A DNA stretch of 63,790 nucleotides, counting the filler, from Sandaracinaceae bacterium (GTDB lineage Bacteria; Myxococcota_A; Polyangia; Polyangiales; JADJQN01), in assembly GCA_947483975.1 (NCBI GenBank). It is 16 parts of 16 records of this genome, joined end to end, with 100 filler letters (N's around TTAATTAATTAA, not from the genome) between each part and the next. Parts side by side here need not be neighbours in the genome. Positions count along the whole stretch, not along the records: positions 1 to 3,965 come from CANKOL010000442.1; positions 4,066 to 8,015 come from CANKOL010000443.1; positions 8,116 to 12,056 come from CANKOL010000444.1; 13 more parts are not named here. One strand, written 5' to 3'. Made by a program: the position numbers and the translations under genes. The notes beneath the pieces were generated by a model. That model saw nothing but the letters and a program-made list of their open reading frames with translations, had not been told where the DNA came from and did not search any database. This document shows positions 1 through 10,329 of the stretch, piece by piece. Numbering within the stretch: position 1 is the stretch's first letter; each line of letters begins with the position of its first letter.

Positions 1-568
1 CCGTCTCGGGCGTGCCGGCGGGGTCCACGAGGCGCGCGCGCAGGCTCGCGGTCGTGGTCAGCTCCGCGGCGGGCACGCGGAAGTCGAGCGCCGTCGTCGG
101 ATCGTCGTCGCGCGTGCTGCGCGCGATCACCTGCGTCGCCCGGTGGACCGCGACGACCGCGCCGCCCTCGAGGACCTCGAGCTCCGCGCTGACGGTCCGC
201 GTCGTCGAGAGCGTGACGTACGCGCGCACGAGGGAGTCGCGGAGCGCGACGACGGGCGCGTTGCGCGTCGGCACCGCGGCGCCCGCAGAGGCGAGCCCGA
301 TGCGCGTGCCCTGAAAGACCGCGAGCCCGTCGAGCGTCACGCCCTCGAGGAGCCGATGCGTCGAGATCGGCGGACCGGCGTCCGGGGCGCCCGCGTCGCG
401 ACCGCCCGAGTCGAGCGGAGTCGCCATGTCCGCGCTGAGCGGGCCAGCGTCGTCGAGCGGGCCAGCGTCGTCGCGCGGACCAGCGTCGGCGCTCGGGTGA
501 GCGGCGATGCGGTGACCGCCGCAGCCGGCGAGCGCGAGGAGGGCGAGGGCGAACGTCGTGGAGCGCAT
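1..568 (-). CDS. Lipoprotein with DAG-rich linker, 3' truncated by window edge (not in ORF track)
   Basis: Manual translation from ATG 568: MRSTTFALALLALAGCGG (lipobox LAGC), DAGP repeats, then LAVFQGTRI...VVALRDSLVRAYV; frame open to position 1. Confidence 0.75.
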   Translation of the reverse strand, partial: MRSTTFALALLALAGCGGHRIAAHPSADAGPRDDAGPLDDAGPLSADMATPLDSGGRDAGAPDAGPPISTHRLLEGVTLDGLAVFQGTRIGLASAGAAVPTRNAPVVALRDSLVRAYVTLSTTRTVSAELEVLEGGAVVAVHRATQVIARSTRDDDPTTALDFRVPAAELTTTASLRARLVDPAGTPET

Positions 569-680
569 GGACGGCCACGCTACCCCGAGTGGCGGGCGGG
601 CGGGAAGCGTCGCGGGCGCCCCTCCCTCGGCCGCGCGAGCGTTTGCTGCGCTCGGACGCTTCCCGCATCCTGTCCCCTTC

Positions 681-1688
681 ATGCCGACGCCGCGCCCGTT
701 CTTGGCCCTCCCCGAGCTCACCGCGCGCCTGCTCGAGGCGTCCGCCGAGGCCGAGGAGTCGCTGCTCGGGTTCTGGGTGCACCATCGCCTCGAGGTCGCC
801 GACGTCGCGGCGCCGATCGACCGCGCCGTGCTCGGCGGCGTCAGCGCGGACCGCGTCGCGTGGGCGTTCCTGGCGGGGTATCAGGCGGCGCTCTGCGCGC
901 TCATCCCGTCGCACGACGCCGATCAGCTCGCCGCGTTCTGCGTGACGGAACTCGGCGGCGCGCACCCGCGCGCGGTGCTGAGCGAGCTGCGCCCGAGCGA
1001 AGGCGGCGGCTACGCGCTCAGCGGGCACAAGCGCTGGTCCTCGACGGTGCCCGCCGTCGAGGTGCTCTACGTCGTCGCGCGCGAGGGGCTCGACGTCGCG
1101 GGGCACCCGCATCTGCGCGTCGCCAAGCTCGACGCGCAGCGCGAGGGCGTGCGCTTCGAGGCGATGCCGCCGGCGCCGTTCGTGCCGGAGGTGCCGCACG
1201 GCGAAGTCTTCCTGACGGACGTCGCCGTCAGCCCGAGCGAGCTGCTGCCGGGCGACGGCTACAGCGCCTACGTGAAGGCGTTTCGCAACGCCGAGGACCT
1301 CTACGTCAACGCGGCGCTGCTCGGCTATCTGCTCGGCGCCGCGCGCCGCTTCGCCGCGCCGTCGAGCATGGTCGAGCGGCTCTTCTCGGCGATCGTCTCC
1401 GCGCGCTCGCTCGCCCTCGAGGACGCGCGCGCCGCGGCGACCCACCTCGCGCTCGCGGGGCTGCTCGCGACCGTGCAGCTCGCGTCGGCGGACGTCCTCG
1501 CGCACCTCGCCACGCTCTCGAGCGACGAGGCGCGCGCCGAACACGCCCGCCTCAGCCGCGATGTCGCGCTCCTCGGGGTCGCCGCCAAGGCGCGCGAGCA
1601 GCGGCGCAAGAACGCGTGGGCGGCGCTCGCGACCGACTCGCCGTACGCCGGCCCCGATGAGCTCCCCGGCGGCGACCTCGAGCCATGA
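681..1688 (+). CDS. Acyl-CoA dehydrogenase-like protein
   Basis: AAFCVTELGG, YALSGHKRW and EVFLTDVAV...LLPGDG motifs of the ACAD middle domain; ATG 681 chosen within ORF 558..1688. Confidence 0.75.
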   Translation: MPTPRPFLALPELTARLLEASAEAEESLLGFWVHHRLEVADVAAPIDRAVLGGVSADRVAWAFLAGYQAALCALIPSHDADQLAAFCVTELGGAHPRAVLSELRPSEGGGYALSGHKRWSSTVPAVEVLYVVAREGLDVAGHPHLRVAKLDAQREGVRFEAMPPAPFVPEVPHGEVFLTDVAVSPSELLPGDGYSAYVKAFRNAEDLYVNAALLGYLLGAARRFAAPSSMVERLFSAIVSARSLALEDARAAATHLALAGLLATVQLASADVLAHLATLSSDEARAEHARLSRDVALLGVAAKAREQRRKNAWAALATDSPYAGPDELPGGDLEP

Positions 1689-1797
1689 GCCTCGGCGCGC
1701 GTCGCCCGCGAGGGAAGCAAGCGCCCCACTTCTGCGTAGACTTTCGCGGCGACGGCCTCGCCGACGCCCTGCTTGGACAGCGCCCCCGAGGACCCCG

Positions 1798-3165
1798 ATG
1801 ACCCGACCCCTCTCTTCTGCCCTGATTCTGCTCGCTGCCGCGCTGACGGGCGCGACGCTCGTCGGCTGCGGGAGCGACGGGCTCTGCGACGCCGCGGACC
1901 TCACGGACGCGCTCGCCGCCGCTCACGTCGGCGACACGGTCACGGTTGGCGAGTGCGAGGTGCGCGGCTCGTTCACGGTGCCCGCCGGCGTGACGCTGAC
2001 CGGCGCTGGCTCGACCTCGCGCCTCGTCGCGAGCGGCGGTCCGGCGGTGCTCCTCACGCCCGGGCGCGAGGCGTCGACGCTGAGCCACCTCGCGATCCGC
2101 TCTGCGGAGGCGAGCGGCGTGTACGCCCACGGTGGTGGCGCCGTCGCCATTCGAAACGTGCGCATCGACGCCTCGAAGGGCGTCGCGCTGCGCCTCGAGT
2201 CGCTCGGCGCCGCCACCGTGGCCGACGTGACGCTCGTCGGCCCAGTGACGCGCGAGGTCGCCGCGTCGCTCTCCCCGATGCCCGACTCCGCCGACATCGC
2301 GACGCACGGTCTCGTCGTCATCGACAGCACCTTCGTCGCGCTCGAGCGCGTCAACGTCAGCGGCTTCGCGCGCTTCGGGGCGCTCTCGATGAACTCGACC
2401 GTCACCTGGGAAGGCGGCGGCGCGAGCGACACGCTCGGCGTCGGCTTCATGGCGCAGGGCGGCTCGGCGACCGTGCGCGATGCGCAGTTCTGCCGGGTCT
2501 ACGCGGGCCTGCGTCCGTATCCGGCGTACGGCGTCGTCCTCACGGGGAGCGCGTCCGGCACGACCGAGCGCGTGACGCTCTGCGACAACGAGGGCTACGG
2601 GCTCCTGCAGAACGGCGGCATCGGCGCGCACACCGACCTCGTCGGCACCGCGAACCGCGAGCCCGCCGTGTGGGTGCAGGCGAGCAGCGACTTCGCGCTC
2701 TCCGGGGCGGGCACGGTCCTGTCGGACAACGCGCTCGCGGGGCTGGTCGTCGTCGACTCGACGAACGTGCGCATCTCCGATGCCGAGATCGACGGAAGCT
2801 CGCTCGCGACGCGCATCGTCGACGGCGGCTCCGTGCGCGTCGGCGACGGCGTGCACCTCGTCGTCGAGGACGCCGCGGCGGTCACGCTGACGAACGTCAC
2901 GCTCTCGAACAACACGCGCGCCGGGCTGCTGCTCGACTTCCTGACGGGGACGCCTGACGGCATGGACCTCCGCAGCGTCACCGTCGACGGCACGGGTGAC
3001 GCGCTCGGCGCCATCGCGCAGGACGGCGGGGGCCTGCTCCCGAGCGGCGCCTGGGACCGCAACATCACGCGCGGCGGCGCGACGGTGGCGAACGACGCCG
3101 CCCTCGTCGGGCGCCTCTCGGTCGTCGGCATCGTCGGCCCGATGTTCTTGCCCGTCGCGCTCTGA
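1798..3165 (+). CDS. Lipoprotein with right-handed parallel beta-helix repeats
   Basis: Signal peptide ending LVGC; repeating V/I-x-N/D...G beta-helix-type pattern (SDNALAGLVVVDS, SNNTRAGLLL). Confidence 0.65.
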   Translation: MTRPLSSALILLAAALTGATLVGCGSDGLCDAADLTDALAAAHVGDTVTVGECEVRGSFTVPAGVTLTGAGSTSRLVASGGPAVLLTPGREASTLSHLAIRSAEASGVYAHGGGAVAIRNVRIDASKGVALRLESLGAATVADVTLVGPVTREVAASLSPMPDSADIATHGLVVIDSTFVALERVNVSGFARFGALSMNSTVTWEGGGASDTLGVGFMAQGGSATVRDAQFCRVYAGLRPYPAYGVVLTGSASGTTERVTLCDNEGYGLLQNGGIGAHTDLVGTANREPAVWVQASSDFALSGAGTVLSDNALAGLVVVDSTNVRISDAEIDGSSLATRIVDGGSVRVGDGVHLVVEDAAAVTLTNVTLSNNTRAGLLLDFLTGTPDGMDLRSVTVDGTGDALGAIAQDGGGLLPSGAWDRNITRGGATVANDAALVGRLSVVGIVGPMFLPVAL

Positions 3166-3211
3166 GCCGTCGCCTGAGCGCCGCACTCGGACCGCGGCCG
3201 CACCAGCGCCG

Positions 3212-3965
3212 CTACTTGAGCGCAGCGCCGGCGAGCGCGCGGTTGGCGGCGACGTCCCGCACGAACCGCTGGCGTAGCTCTGGGTCGGCGATGCGCCGCG
3301 CGATGTACTGCACGCGGCTCCGCCCGCGGAGGCGCGCCTCCTCCGCGTCGTCGAGCCGCCCGTGCGCCTCGAGCGCCCGCGCGTAGGCGAGGAACACCTC
3401 CGCCTCGTCCTCCTCGACGCTGCCAAGCTCGTCCCGGAGCGTCATCGCGCGGGTCGCCGCGGCGAGCGCCGCGTCCGCCTGCCCCATCGAGAGCGCCGCC
3501 TCCGACGCGAGCGTGTGCGCGAGCACCGCGACGCTCCCGAGGTCGCTCGCCTCCGCGAGCAGCGCCGTCTCCCGCGCCTCCCGCAGCGCCTCCTTGGCGC
3601 GCCCGGCGCGCAGCAGGGCTCGCGCTCGATACGCCCTCACCGAGACGCCGAAGCGCGCCTCCTTCGCTCGCTCGGCGAGGGCGCCCGCCTCGTCGAGGGC
3701 CGCGAGCGCCTCGTCGGGCCGCCTGAGCATCGTCAGCGCGTAGCCGAGGTTGGCGAGCGCATAGCCCTCCATCAGCCGATAGCCGACGCGGCGGCACTTC
3801 TCGAGCGCATCGCGGAGCGCGCGCTCGGCCTCGGCGTAGGCGCCGACGCGATTCGAGGCGTCGGCCAGGTTCATCTCTGCGCCGGCGGCGCGCCGCAGGT
3901 CACCGTCCGCCGTGTAGAGGTCGACGGCGCGCCTGTACGCGTCCCGGCGCTCGCCGAGGTCCCCG
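3212..3965 (-). CDS. TPR-rich C-terminus of a large protein (probably kinase/AAA-TPR), 5' truncated
   Basis: Frame open to the contig edge; TPR-like helices (YALANLGYAL); C-terminal RIADPELRQRF...N motif typical of myxobacterial kinase-ATPase-TPR proteins. Confidence 0.65.
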
Positions 3966-4065
3966 NNNNNNNNNNNNNNNNNNNNNNNNNNNNNNNNNNN
4001 NNNNNNNNNTTAATTAATTAANNNNNNNNNNNNNNNNNNNNNNNNNNNNNNNNNNNNNNNNNNNN
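3966..4065. other. Artificial contig linker (N-run + TTAATTAATTAA + N-run), first of 15
   Basis: Identical 100-nt spacers also at 8016, 12057, 16093, 20127, 24124, 28120, 32108, 36095, 40073, 44041, 48002, 51955, 55908 and 59857. The core gives stops in all six frames and contig lengths decrease in order. Confidence 0.99.
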
Positions 4066-4652
4066 GGCAGCGCCTCGGCGCCGCACCAGGCGAGCACGGC
4101 GAGCGGGCCGAAGACCGCGCCCGCGTGAAGCTGTGGGCCGACCGCGCCCATGGCGGCGATCAGCCCGAGCCCGGCGCGGGGTCGGCCGCCGCGTGTCCAC
4201 GCGAGGCCGAGCAGCGTGAGCGCGTTCGTCAGGTTCGAGAAGAGCAGCGGGCGATCGAGGAAGCGAAACGCCGCTGCGCTCGCGCCGAGCGCGACGACCG
4301 CGAGCACGTCGAGAGGGCGGGCGCCGAGCGCACGCGCCGTCGCGACGACCACGAGGCACGTCAGGGCGAGGACGAGCAGGCGAATCGCCACGACGGCCGC
4401 CGGGCCCCCGTGCGAGAACGCCAACTCGAAGAGCACCGCCGGGAGCCACTGTTGGTTGACCGCGATGGCGTCGGGCGCCGCGAACGACAGCACGTTGGTC
4501 GCGGGGATCGCGCCGGCGGCGAGCACCGCGCGTCCCGTCGCGAGGTGGAAGCCGAGGTCCGGATCGACGATGGGGCCGACGCCGAGGAGTGTGACGACCG
4601 CGACGGACAGGCAGGAGGCCGCGGTCCAGCCACGCTCGGTCTGCGGACTCAT
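4066..4652 (-). CDS. Polytopic membrane protein (GT-C-like DPDLGFHLATGR motif), 3' truncated
   Basis: Several hydrophobic segments; N-terminal DxDxxxHLxxGR...WL motif. Confidence 0.55.
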
Positions 4653-4665
4653 GCAGCGCAGTGTG

Positions 4666-5634
4666 TCAGGCCGCGACGACGGCGGCCGCGCTCAGCGTCG
4701 GCACGCTGCGCGCCGTGCGCGAGGTCGTGCGCGCTCCGACGGCGAGGCGGCGCTCTACGGCGAGCCGATCGGCGGCGAAGGGCGCGAGGGCTCGCGCCAT
4801 CGCGCGCGCGCTCGGGAAGCGGCTCTCGGGGCTGCGGGCGAGCGCGACATGGATGAGGTCGGCGAGCTCGCGCGGGACGTCCGGCGCCGCGAGACAGAGC
4901 GGCGGCGCGTCCTCGCGGATGATCCGTAGCAAGAGCGCGGAGACGCTCGACGCGCGGAACGGCAGGCGCCCCGCGAGGCACTCCCACAGCATGATCCCGA
5001 GCGAAAATATGTCGGCGCGACCGTCCACGTCCACCTTGCCCGAGGCCTGCTCGGGCGAGACGTAGCTCGGCGTGCCGAAGACTCGCCCCTGTTCGCGCGC
5101 GCGCTCATCGGCGGGCGCGGTCGGCGCGGAGCAGACGCCGAAGTCGAGGAGCGAGACGAGCAGCTCGCCGTTCGCGTCGCGGTCGAGCAGCACATGCTCG
5201 GGCTTCACGTCGCGGTGGATGTAGCCGAGGCGATGCGAGGCGTGGAGGATCGCGAGCACGCGGATCGCGATCGCCGCCGTCTCGTCGGCCGCGAGCGGGC
5301 CCCGGCGCATCAGGATGCGCGAGAGGCTCTCGCCGTGGGCGCGCTCCATCACGACATACGGCGAGCCGTCGTAGACCGTTCCCTCGTCGGTGACGGTGAC
5401 GATCCCAGGGTGCATGACGCTGCGCGCGACCTCGGCCTCGCGGCGGAGCCGACGCCCGAGATCGGGATGGTCGAGGAAGCACGGGCGCAGCGTCTTGACG
5501 ACGACCGAGCGCCCGTCTTCGAGGCGCGTCGCCTCGAACACGACGCCGGTTCCGCCGATGCCGATCCGCTCACCGATGCGGTACTTCCCCTCGATGACGG
5601 TCCCGCGTAGGTCTGCTCGCTCGCCCAAGGCCAT
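4666..5634 (-). CDS. Ser/Thr protein kinase (stand-alone domain)
   Basis: GIGGTG, VVVK, HRDVKPEH, DFG, GTPSYVSPEQ and DIFSLG motifs. Confidence 0.9.
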   Translation of the reverse strand: MALGERADLRGTVIEGKYRIGERIGIGGTGVVFEATRLEDGRSVVVKTLRPCFLDHPDLGRRLRREAEVARSVMHPGIVTVTDEGTVYDGSPYVVMERAHGESLSRILMRRGPLAADETAAIAIRVLAILHASHRLGYIHRDVKPEHVLLDRDANGELLVSLLDFGVCSAPTAPADERAREQGRVFGTPSYVSPEQASGKVDVDGRADIFSLGIMLWECLAGRLPFRASSVSALLLRIIREDAPPLCLAAPDVPRELADLIHVALARSPESRFPSARAMARALAPFAADRLAVERRLAVGARTTSRTARSVPTLSAAAVVAA

Positions 5635-5713
5635 GCCTGCCTCCGGTCGAGACCTTCGGGGACCGGCGATCTCCGGTCAAAAAAGCGGTCAGTCGTGGTA
5701 CGACCGACCCGAC

Positions 5714-6208
5714 ATGCAGATCCTGCTGGTGCGTCACGGAGACGCGGTCGAACACGGCGCGCGGACGGACAGCGAGCGATGGCTGACCCCGAAGGGCCGG
5801 CGCACGACCCGCTCGGTCGCGGAGGCGCTCCGCGTCGCCGGGGTCGAGCCGCGCCGGATGTTCACGAGCCCGCTCGTGCGCGCGGTGCAAACGAGCGAGA
5901 TCCTCGCGTCGAGCGCCTGCTTCGAGGGCCCGCTCGAGGTGCTCGCCTCGCTCGTGCCGAGCGGCGATCCGGAGCACGTCGTGCGCGTGCTCGACGACGT
6001 CGATGACGCCGCCCTCGTCGCGCTCGTCGGGCACGAGCCGAGCATGAGCGCCCTCGCGGCTCACCTGCTCGGCGTCGCGTTTCCGCCCTTCAAGAAGTCG
6101 GCGGTGTGCGCAATTCGGCGGAGCCCCTCGGGGCGCTACGGCTTCGAGTGGATGCTCGTGCCGAAGACCCTCGAGCGCGTCACTTCGCTCGAAGCGCTGG
6201 ATTTCTGA
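5714..6208 (+). CDS. sixA: Phosphohistidine phosphatase SixA
   Basis: MQILLVRHGDA, RWLTPKG, TSPLVRAVQT and LVGHEP motifs. Confidence 0.85.
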   Translation: MQILLVRHGDAVEHGARTDSERWLTPKGRRTTRSVAEALRVAGVEPRRMFTSPLVRAVQTSEILASSACFEGPLEVLASLVPSGDPEHVVRVLDDVDDAALVALVGHEPSMSALAAHLLGVAFPPFKKSAVCAIRRSPSGRYGFEWMLVPKTLERVTSLEALDF

Positions 6209-6360
6209 GGGTTCGAGCTCGGTTCGGACCGACTGACCAAGGTGGGCGGGGGGAGCTGGGTCCGAGGTCGCGTCGGGCGCCGTGGGGAGATAGGCCGAGA
6301 ACTTTCGTAAGCTCGAGGCGTCTGTCGAACCGCGCGCGAACTGTGCAGGAGAACGCCGTG

Positions 6361-8015
6361 ATGCTGGCTTCGATGAAGCAGGGTTCCACCCATTCGGTCC
6401 GAGCCCCGCGGCTCTTCGGCTCGGTGCTCGCGCTCGCGCTCGGACTGAGCGCCTGCGGCCCTGGCCCGCAAGAAGTGGACGCGAGCCTCGGCACGCTGAC
6501 GCCGGTGCGCGGCGCGGTGACGGTCGGGGGCGCGCGTGCGGCGCCGACGGTGCGCATCGGGGCGGGGGCGGCGGGCGCGATGGCGGTGCCCGCGGGCGCG
6601 CTCGCGCGGCTGGTGCTCGACACCGGGCAGCGGCTGGTGCTCGGCTCTGGCGCGCTCCTCTCGCTCGACGACGAGGCGGAGGACGACTCGACGCTGAAGC
6701 TGACGGGCGGGCGCGTGTTCGCGGAGGTGCCGCTCGGCGCGCCGCTCTCGCTCGCGACGCCGAAGGGCACCGTGCGCACGAACGACGGCTCGCTCTCGCT
6801 CGAGGTCGCGGCCGACGGCAGCGCGCGCGTCTACGTCGTGCGCGGCGAGGCGGCGTACACCGTGGGCGCGCAGCGCGGCGTCGTGCGCGCCGGTGAGGAG
6901 CTGACGCTCTCTGCGGCGGTGCCGCGAGTGTCGGCGGAGACGCTCTGGACCGACTGGACGGGCGGGCTCGCGCGCCCGGGTCCGGAGGTCGGCGATGCGC
7001 CGGCGGGCATGGGTCAGCTCGAGGCGCGCGTGCCCGACGAGCTCGGCACGGCGCGCTGGCCGCTCGTGATTCGTCGGCTCGATGTGCGCGTGACGGTCCA
7101 AGACGACCTCGCGCTCACCGAGGTCGATCAAGAGTTCTTCAACCCCGCGAGCGAGACCGTCGAAGGGCTCTATCGTATTCGTGTGCCCGAGGGCGCGGTG
7201 CTCTCGCGCTTCGCCGTCGACCGCGGCGGGCGCCTCGTCGACGGCTACGTCCGCGAGAAGGAGACCGCGCGCGCCGCCTATCAAGCGCAGGTCTATCGCG
7301 GCTCGACCGATGACCCGGCGCTGCTCGAGTGGGACGCGCCGGACTCGTACCGCGCGCGCATCTACCCGATCGCCGCGGGCGAGACGCGCCGCATCGTGAC
7401 GCGCTACGCCGAGTGGCTGAGCCGCCCGGCGCCGGGCGCGCCGCGCCTCTACCGCTACCCGATGGGCTCGACGGGCCCGCTCGCGCGCGTGCCGCACGTG
7501 CAGGAGCTCGGCATCACGGTGGACGTCAGCGCCGCGGGCAAGAACGTGCGCGTGCGCGCGGGGCTCGGCGCGACGATCGACGAGGGCGTCGTGCGGCTGC
7601 GTCAGTCGGATGTCCGGCCGAGGGCGGACTTCTGGATGGAGCTGGAAGGCGTGGAGAGCGCGGGGCTCGTGGCCTATCAGGCAGGTCACGAAGCGCCGAA
7701 GCGCGCGCCCGGCTCGCGCGCGGTGCCGAACGAGGCGGACGAGCGCGACTACTTCTACGTGCCCGTCGTGCTGCCCGAGCGCGTGCTCGGGTCGGCCACC
7801 GAGGGCGCGCAGGGGCAAGACTTCGTCATCGTCGCGGACATCTCGGCGGGCACGGACGCGTCGCACCTCGAGCTCGGGCGCAGCATCGTCGAGTCGCTGG
7901 TGTCGCAGCTCGACGCGAACGACCGCGTCGCCATCGTGACGAGCGATGTGACGCTGCGCGGGCTCGGCGGCGCAGAGGCGGCGCTCGGGGCGGCGAGCGC
8001 GGAGCGCGTCGGCAC
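6361..8015 (+). CDS. Lipoprotein with FecR-like, VIT and start of vWA domains, 3' truncated
   Basis: Lipobox LSAC; LTGGRVFAEV/VYVVRGEA FecR-like strands; VIT motifs (EVDQEFFNP, EGLYRIRVP, DPALLEW, RIYPI); DISAG MIDAS-like start. Confidence 0.75.
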
Positions 8016-8115
8016 NNNNNNNNNNNNNNNNNNNNNNNNNNNNNNNNNNNNNNNNNNNNTTAATTAATTAANNNNNNNNNNNNNNNNNNNNNNNNNNNNN
8101 NNNNNNNNNNNNNNN

Positions 8116-8293
8116 CGACAGCCCACCGGGCGCGGCGACGCCCGTCGGTCGCCGACGCCGTGCGCGCCTCGCCGACGCGCTGCGCTCGAATGCCCCGCCA
8201 GACGCGCGCGACGCCCGCCTCGTCGAGCGCTGGCCGAAGCTGCTGCTCGAGAGGCTCTTCAGAGCGCAGGCCGATGTCGTGCTCGGTGCTCAT
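8116..8293 (-). CDS. Probable FecR-type anti-sigma factor, N-terminal part
   Basis: ATGA overlap with the upstream ECF sigma gene; ARVWRGI motif leading into the start of a hydrophobic segment. Confidence 0.55.
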
Positions 8294-8907
8294 CGGACCT
8301 CCCCAGTGTGCCTGCGGATCTGCTCGCCTGCTGCAGAGATTCTGCGCTTGACCGTCGCGAGCGAGCAGCCGCAGGCCTCGGCGGTCTCCTCGACCGCGCA
8401 GCCCATCACGTGACGCAGCAGCCAGGCCGTGCGCAGCTCGAGCGGCAGCGCCGCGAGCGCTAGGTCGAGCAAGGCAAGCTCGGCGCGCTGCTCGGCCGTC
8501 GCGTCGTCACGCGCCTCCCCCTCGAGCGAAATGTCCTCGCCCTCGGCGTCGCGCCACGGAAAGATCAGCCCACGCAGCTTCCGCGTCCGGAAACGCCGAT
8601 GCACGCGGCTCACGGCGATGCGCACCAGCCAGCCGCGAAACGCCGCTGGCTCCGCGAGCTGCGCGAGCTTCTCGAAGGCCAACAAGAACGTCTCCTGGGT
8701 CACGTCCTCCGCGTCCGCGCGGTTCCGCAGCAGGCGCAACGCCGTCCCAGCCACGAGCTGCACGTGCCGCCGATAGAGCATCTCGAGGGCCCACTGGTCG
8801 CCCGAACGCGCGCGCTGCACCAGGTCCGCGTCGGAGACCTGCTCGTCTCGCGACGGCAGCGACTCGACGACCCGGAGCTTGGGTCGGGCGGTGGCAGGGA
8901 GGGGCAT
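8290..8907 (-). CDS. ECF RNA polymerase sigma factor
   Basis: DAEDVTQETFL (region 2), FRGWLVRIA, and ETAEACGCSLATVKRRI (region 4 HTH). Confidence 0.92.
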   Translation of the reverse strand: MPLPATARPKLRVVESLPSRDEQVSDADLVQRARSGDQWALEMLYRRHVQLVAGTALRLLRNRADAEDVTQETFLLAFEKLAQLAEPAAFRGWLVRIAVSRVHRRFRTRKLRGLIFPWRDAEGEDISLEGEARDDATAEQRAELALLDLALAALPLELRTAWLLRHVMGCAVEETAEACGCSLATVKRRISAAGEQIRRHTGEVR

Positions 8908-9008
8908 CTACTTGGAAGGAGCCGCGACGGGGGCGAAACGGCTCACTCGATGGTGCGATTTCTCGTCGACCGACGCCAATGACCAGTCCGCGCGGAGGCG
9001 CGCACGCC

Positions 9009-9920
9009 TCAGGGCGTCGGCGCGCCTTCGCTGATCCACGTCGAGAGCGCCCGCAGCTCCGTCGCGGTAACCCCTACGCTCGGGTCGTCGCGGAGGGCAG
9101 GCGGCATGGGCGCGCCTGCGACGTGCGGGTCCCCGAGGACCGTGTAGAGGAGGTAGCTCGTCTCCGGACGCCCGGCCCCGGCGACGACGTCGATCAGCGG
9201 AAGCCCGGCGAACACCGGCGCCCCAGCCCCACCGGCGGGCCCCAGGGCTCCCGACGGGAACGACCGAGCGGGGGCGTTGATCGCGGTGTCCCGCACCCCG
9301 ATGGCCGACGACAGATCGAGCCCGAGCGCCGCGGGACCCGGTCCGTGACACGCCCCGCCCGTGCAACGCGCGGTCAAGATCGGGGCGATGTCCGCGAAGC
9401 CGACGACAGGCGGCTCGCCGAGGCCCGCTCCGGGGTCCGGGCCGGTGCGGAACGCCGCGACGTAGGGCTCTGCCATCGGGCGCCCGTCGAGGTCCTCGAC
9501 CCCGTCGACGATGAAGCGCCACGAGACGCTCGGGTCGATCGGCTCGCCGGTGAACGGCACCGCGATGACGCTCTGCGTGAGCACGTCGTAGCGGACCGAG
9601 AGGCGCGGACTCACCACGCCCGACTCGAGCCGCACCGTCGCGCGCGACACCGTGCGCGGCAGGAGGCGCCGGTCGAGGCGCGCGACGAAGGGCCCGAGGC
9701 GCGGGAAGTCCGAAGCGCCGTCCGCGGGGCTCGACTCGAGCACCCGCGGTCCCAGCTCGTCCGCGCGGATGGGCGCCAGATCACAGCCGAGCGCCCCCGC
9801 CAGGAGCACGGCCGAACTGACACAAATCGCCAACGAAAGACGCGACAGCGCGGCCCCACCCGCCGAGGACGGAGCCGCGCTTCGCACAAGAGAACGACGC
9901 GCTGACAGCGGCCGCGTCAC
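9009..9920 (-). CDS. Lipoprotein with bacterial Ig-like (Big_5-type) domain and CxxxxCH motif
   Basis: ALGC lipobox; PRVLESSPADGA...VEDLDGRPM...FRTG Ig-like signature; ARCTGGACHG and PMPP...LSTWISEGA resembling a cytochrome-like domain. Confidence 0.6.
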   Translation of the reverse strand: MTRPLSARRSLVRSAAPSSAGGAALSRLSLAICVSSAVLLAGALGCDLAPIRADELGPRVLESSPADGASDFPRLGPFVARLDRRLLPRTVSRATVRLESGVVSPRLSVRYDVLTQSVIAVPFTGEPIDPSVSWRFIVDGVEDLDGRPMAEPYVAAFRTGPDPGAGLGEPPVVGFADIAPILTARCTGGACHGPGPAALGLDLSSAIGVRDTAINAPARSFPSGALGPAGGAGAPVFAGLPLIDVVAGAGRPETSYLLYTVLGDPHVAGAPMPPALRDDPSVGVTATELRALSTWISEGAPTP

Positions 9921-9932
9921 GCCGCCGACCCC

Positions 9933-10190
9933 TCAGCTCTCGCTGTAGACGCCCAGCTGATCGCGCAGCGTGTCGTCGGTGATGCCGACTCGAATGTAAT
10001 CGTTCAAGCAGTCCGCGATGGTGACCAGCATCTCGTCGACACCCTTGTCTTCGATCAGCTTCGACAGCAGCGCGCGCGCTTCACGGCTGTCGTCCTCTCT
10101 CAAGAACTGACGCACCTTGTCGATGGTGATGTCGTCGCCCTGAAAATCGATGACTGCATGCTCCAGGAGAAAGCGAACAAGCTCGCGCAC
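9933..10190 (-). CDS. Small acidic hypothetical protein (85 aa)
   Basis: GTG start with GGAGG RBS; MRELVRFLLEHAVIDFQGDDITIDKVRQFL... has protein-like composition, unlike the rest of ORF 9933..10664. Confidence 0.7.
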   Translation of the reverse strand: MRELVRFLLEHAVIDFQGDDITIDKVRQFLREDDSREARALLSKLIEDKGVDEMLVTIADCLNDYIRVGITDDTLRDQLGVYSES

Positions 10191-10329
10191 GTAAAGCCTC
10201 CGTCGAAGCAGGGGTTGAGGTCCAGGGATAAGCCCAGCGGACCCTCGTTGTAGTCTCGGCCCGTCCAAACACGCAAGGCGAAGTTTTTTTGCCCGCCGAG
10301 TCACGCTCATGGCTGGTACGGTCGCGGGG

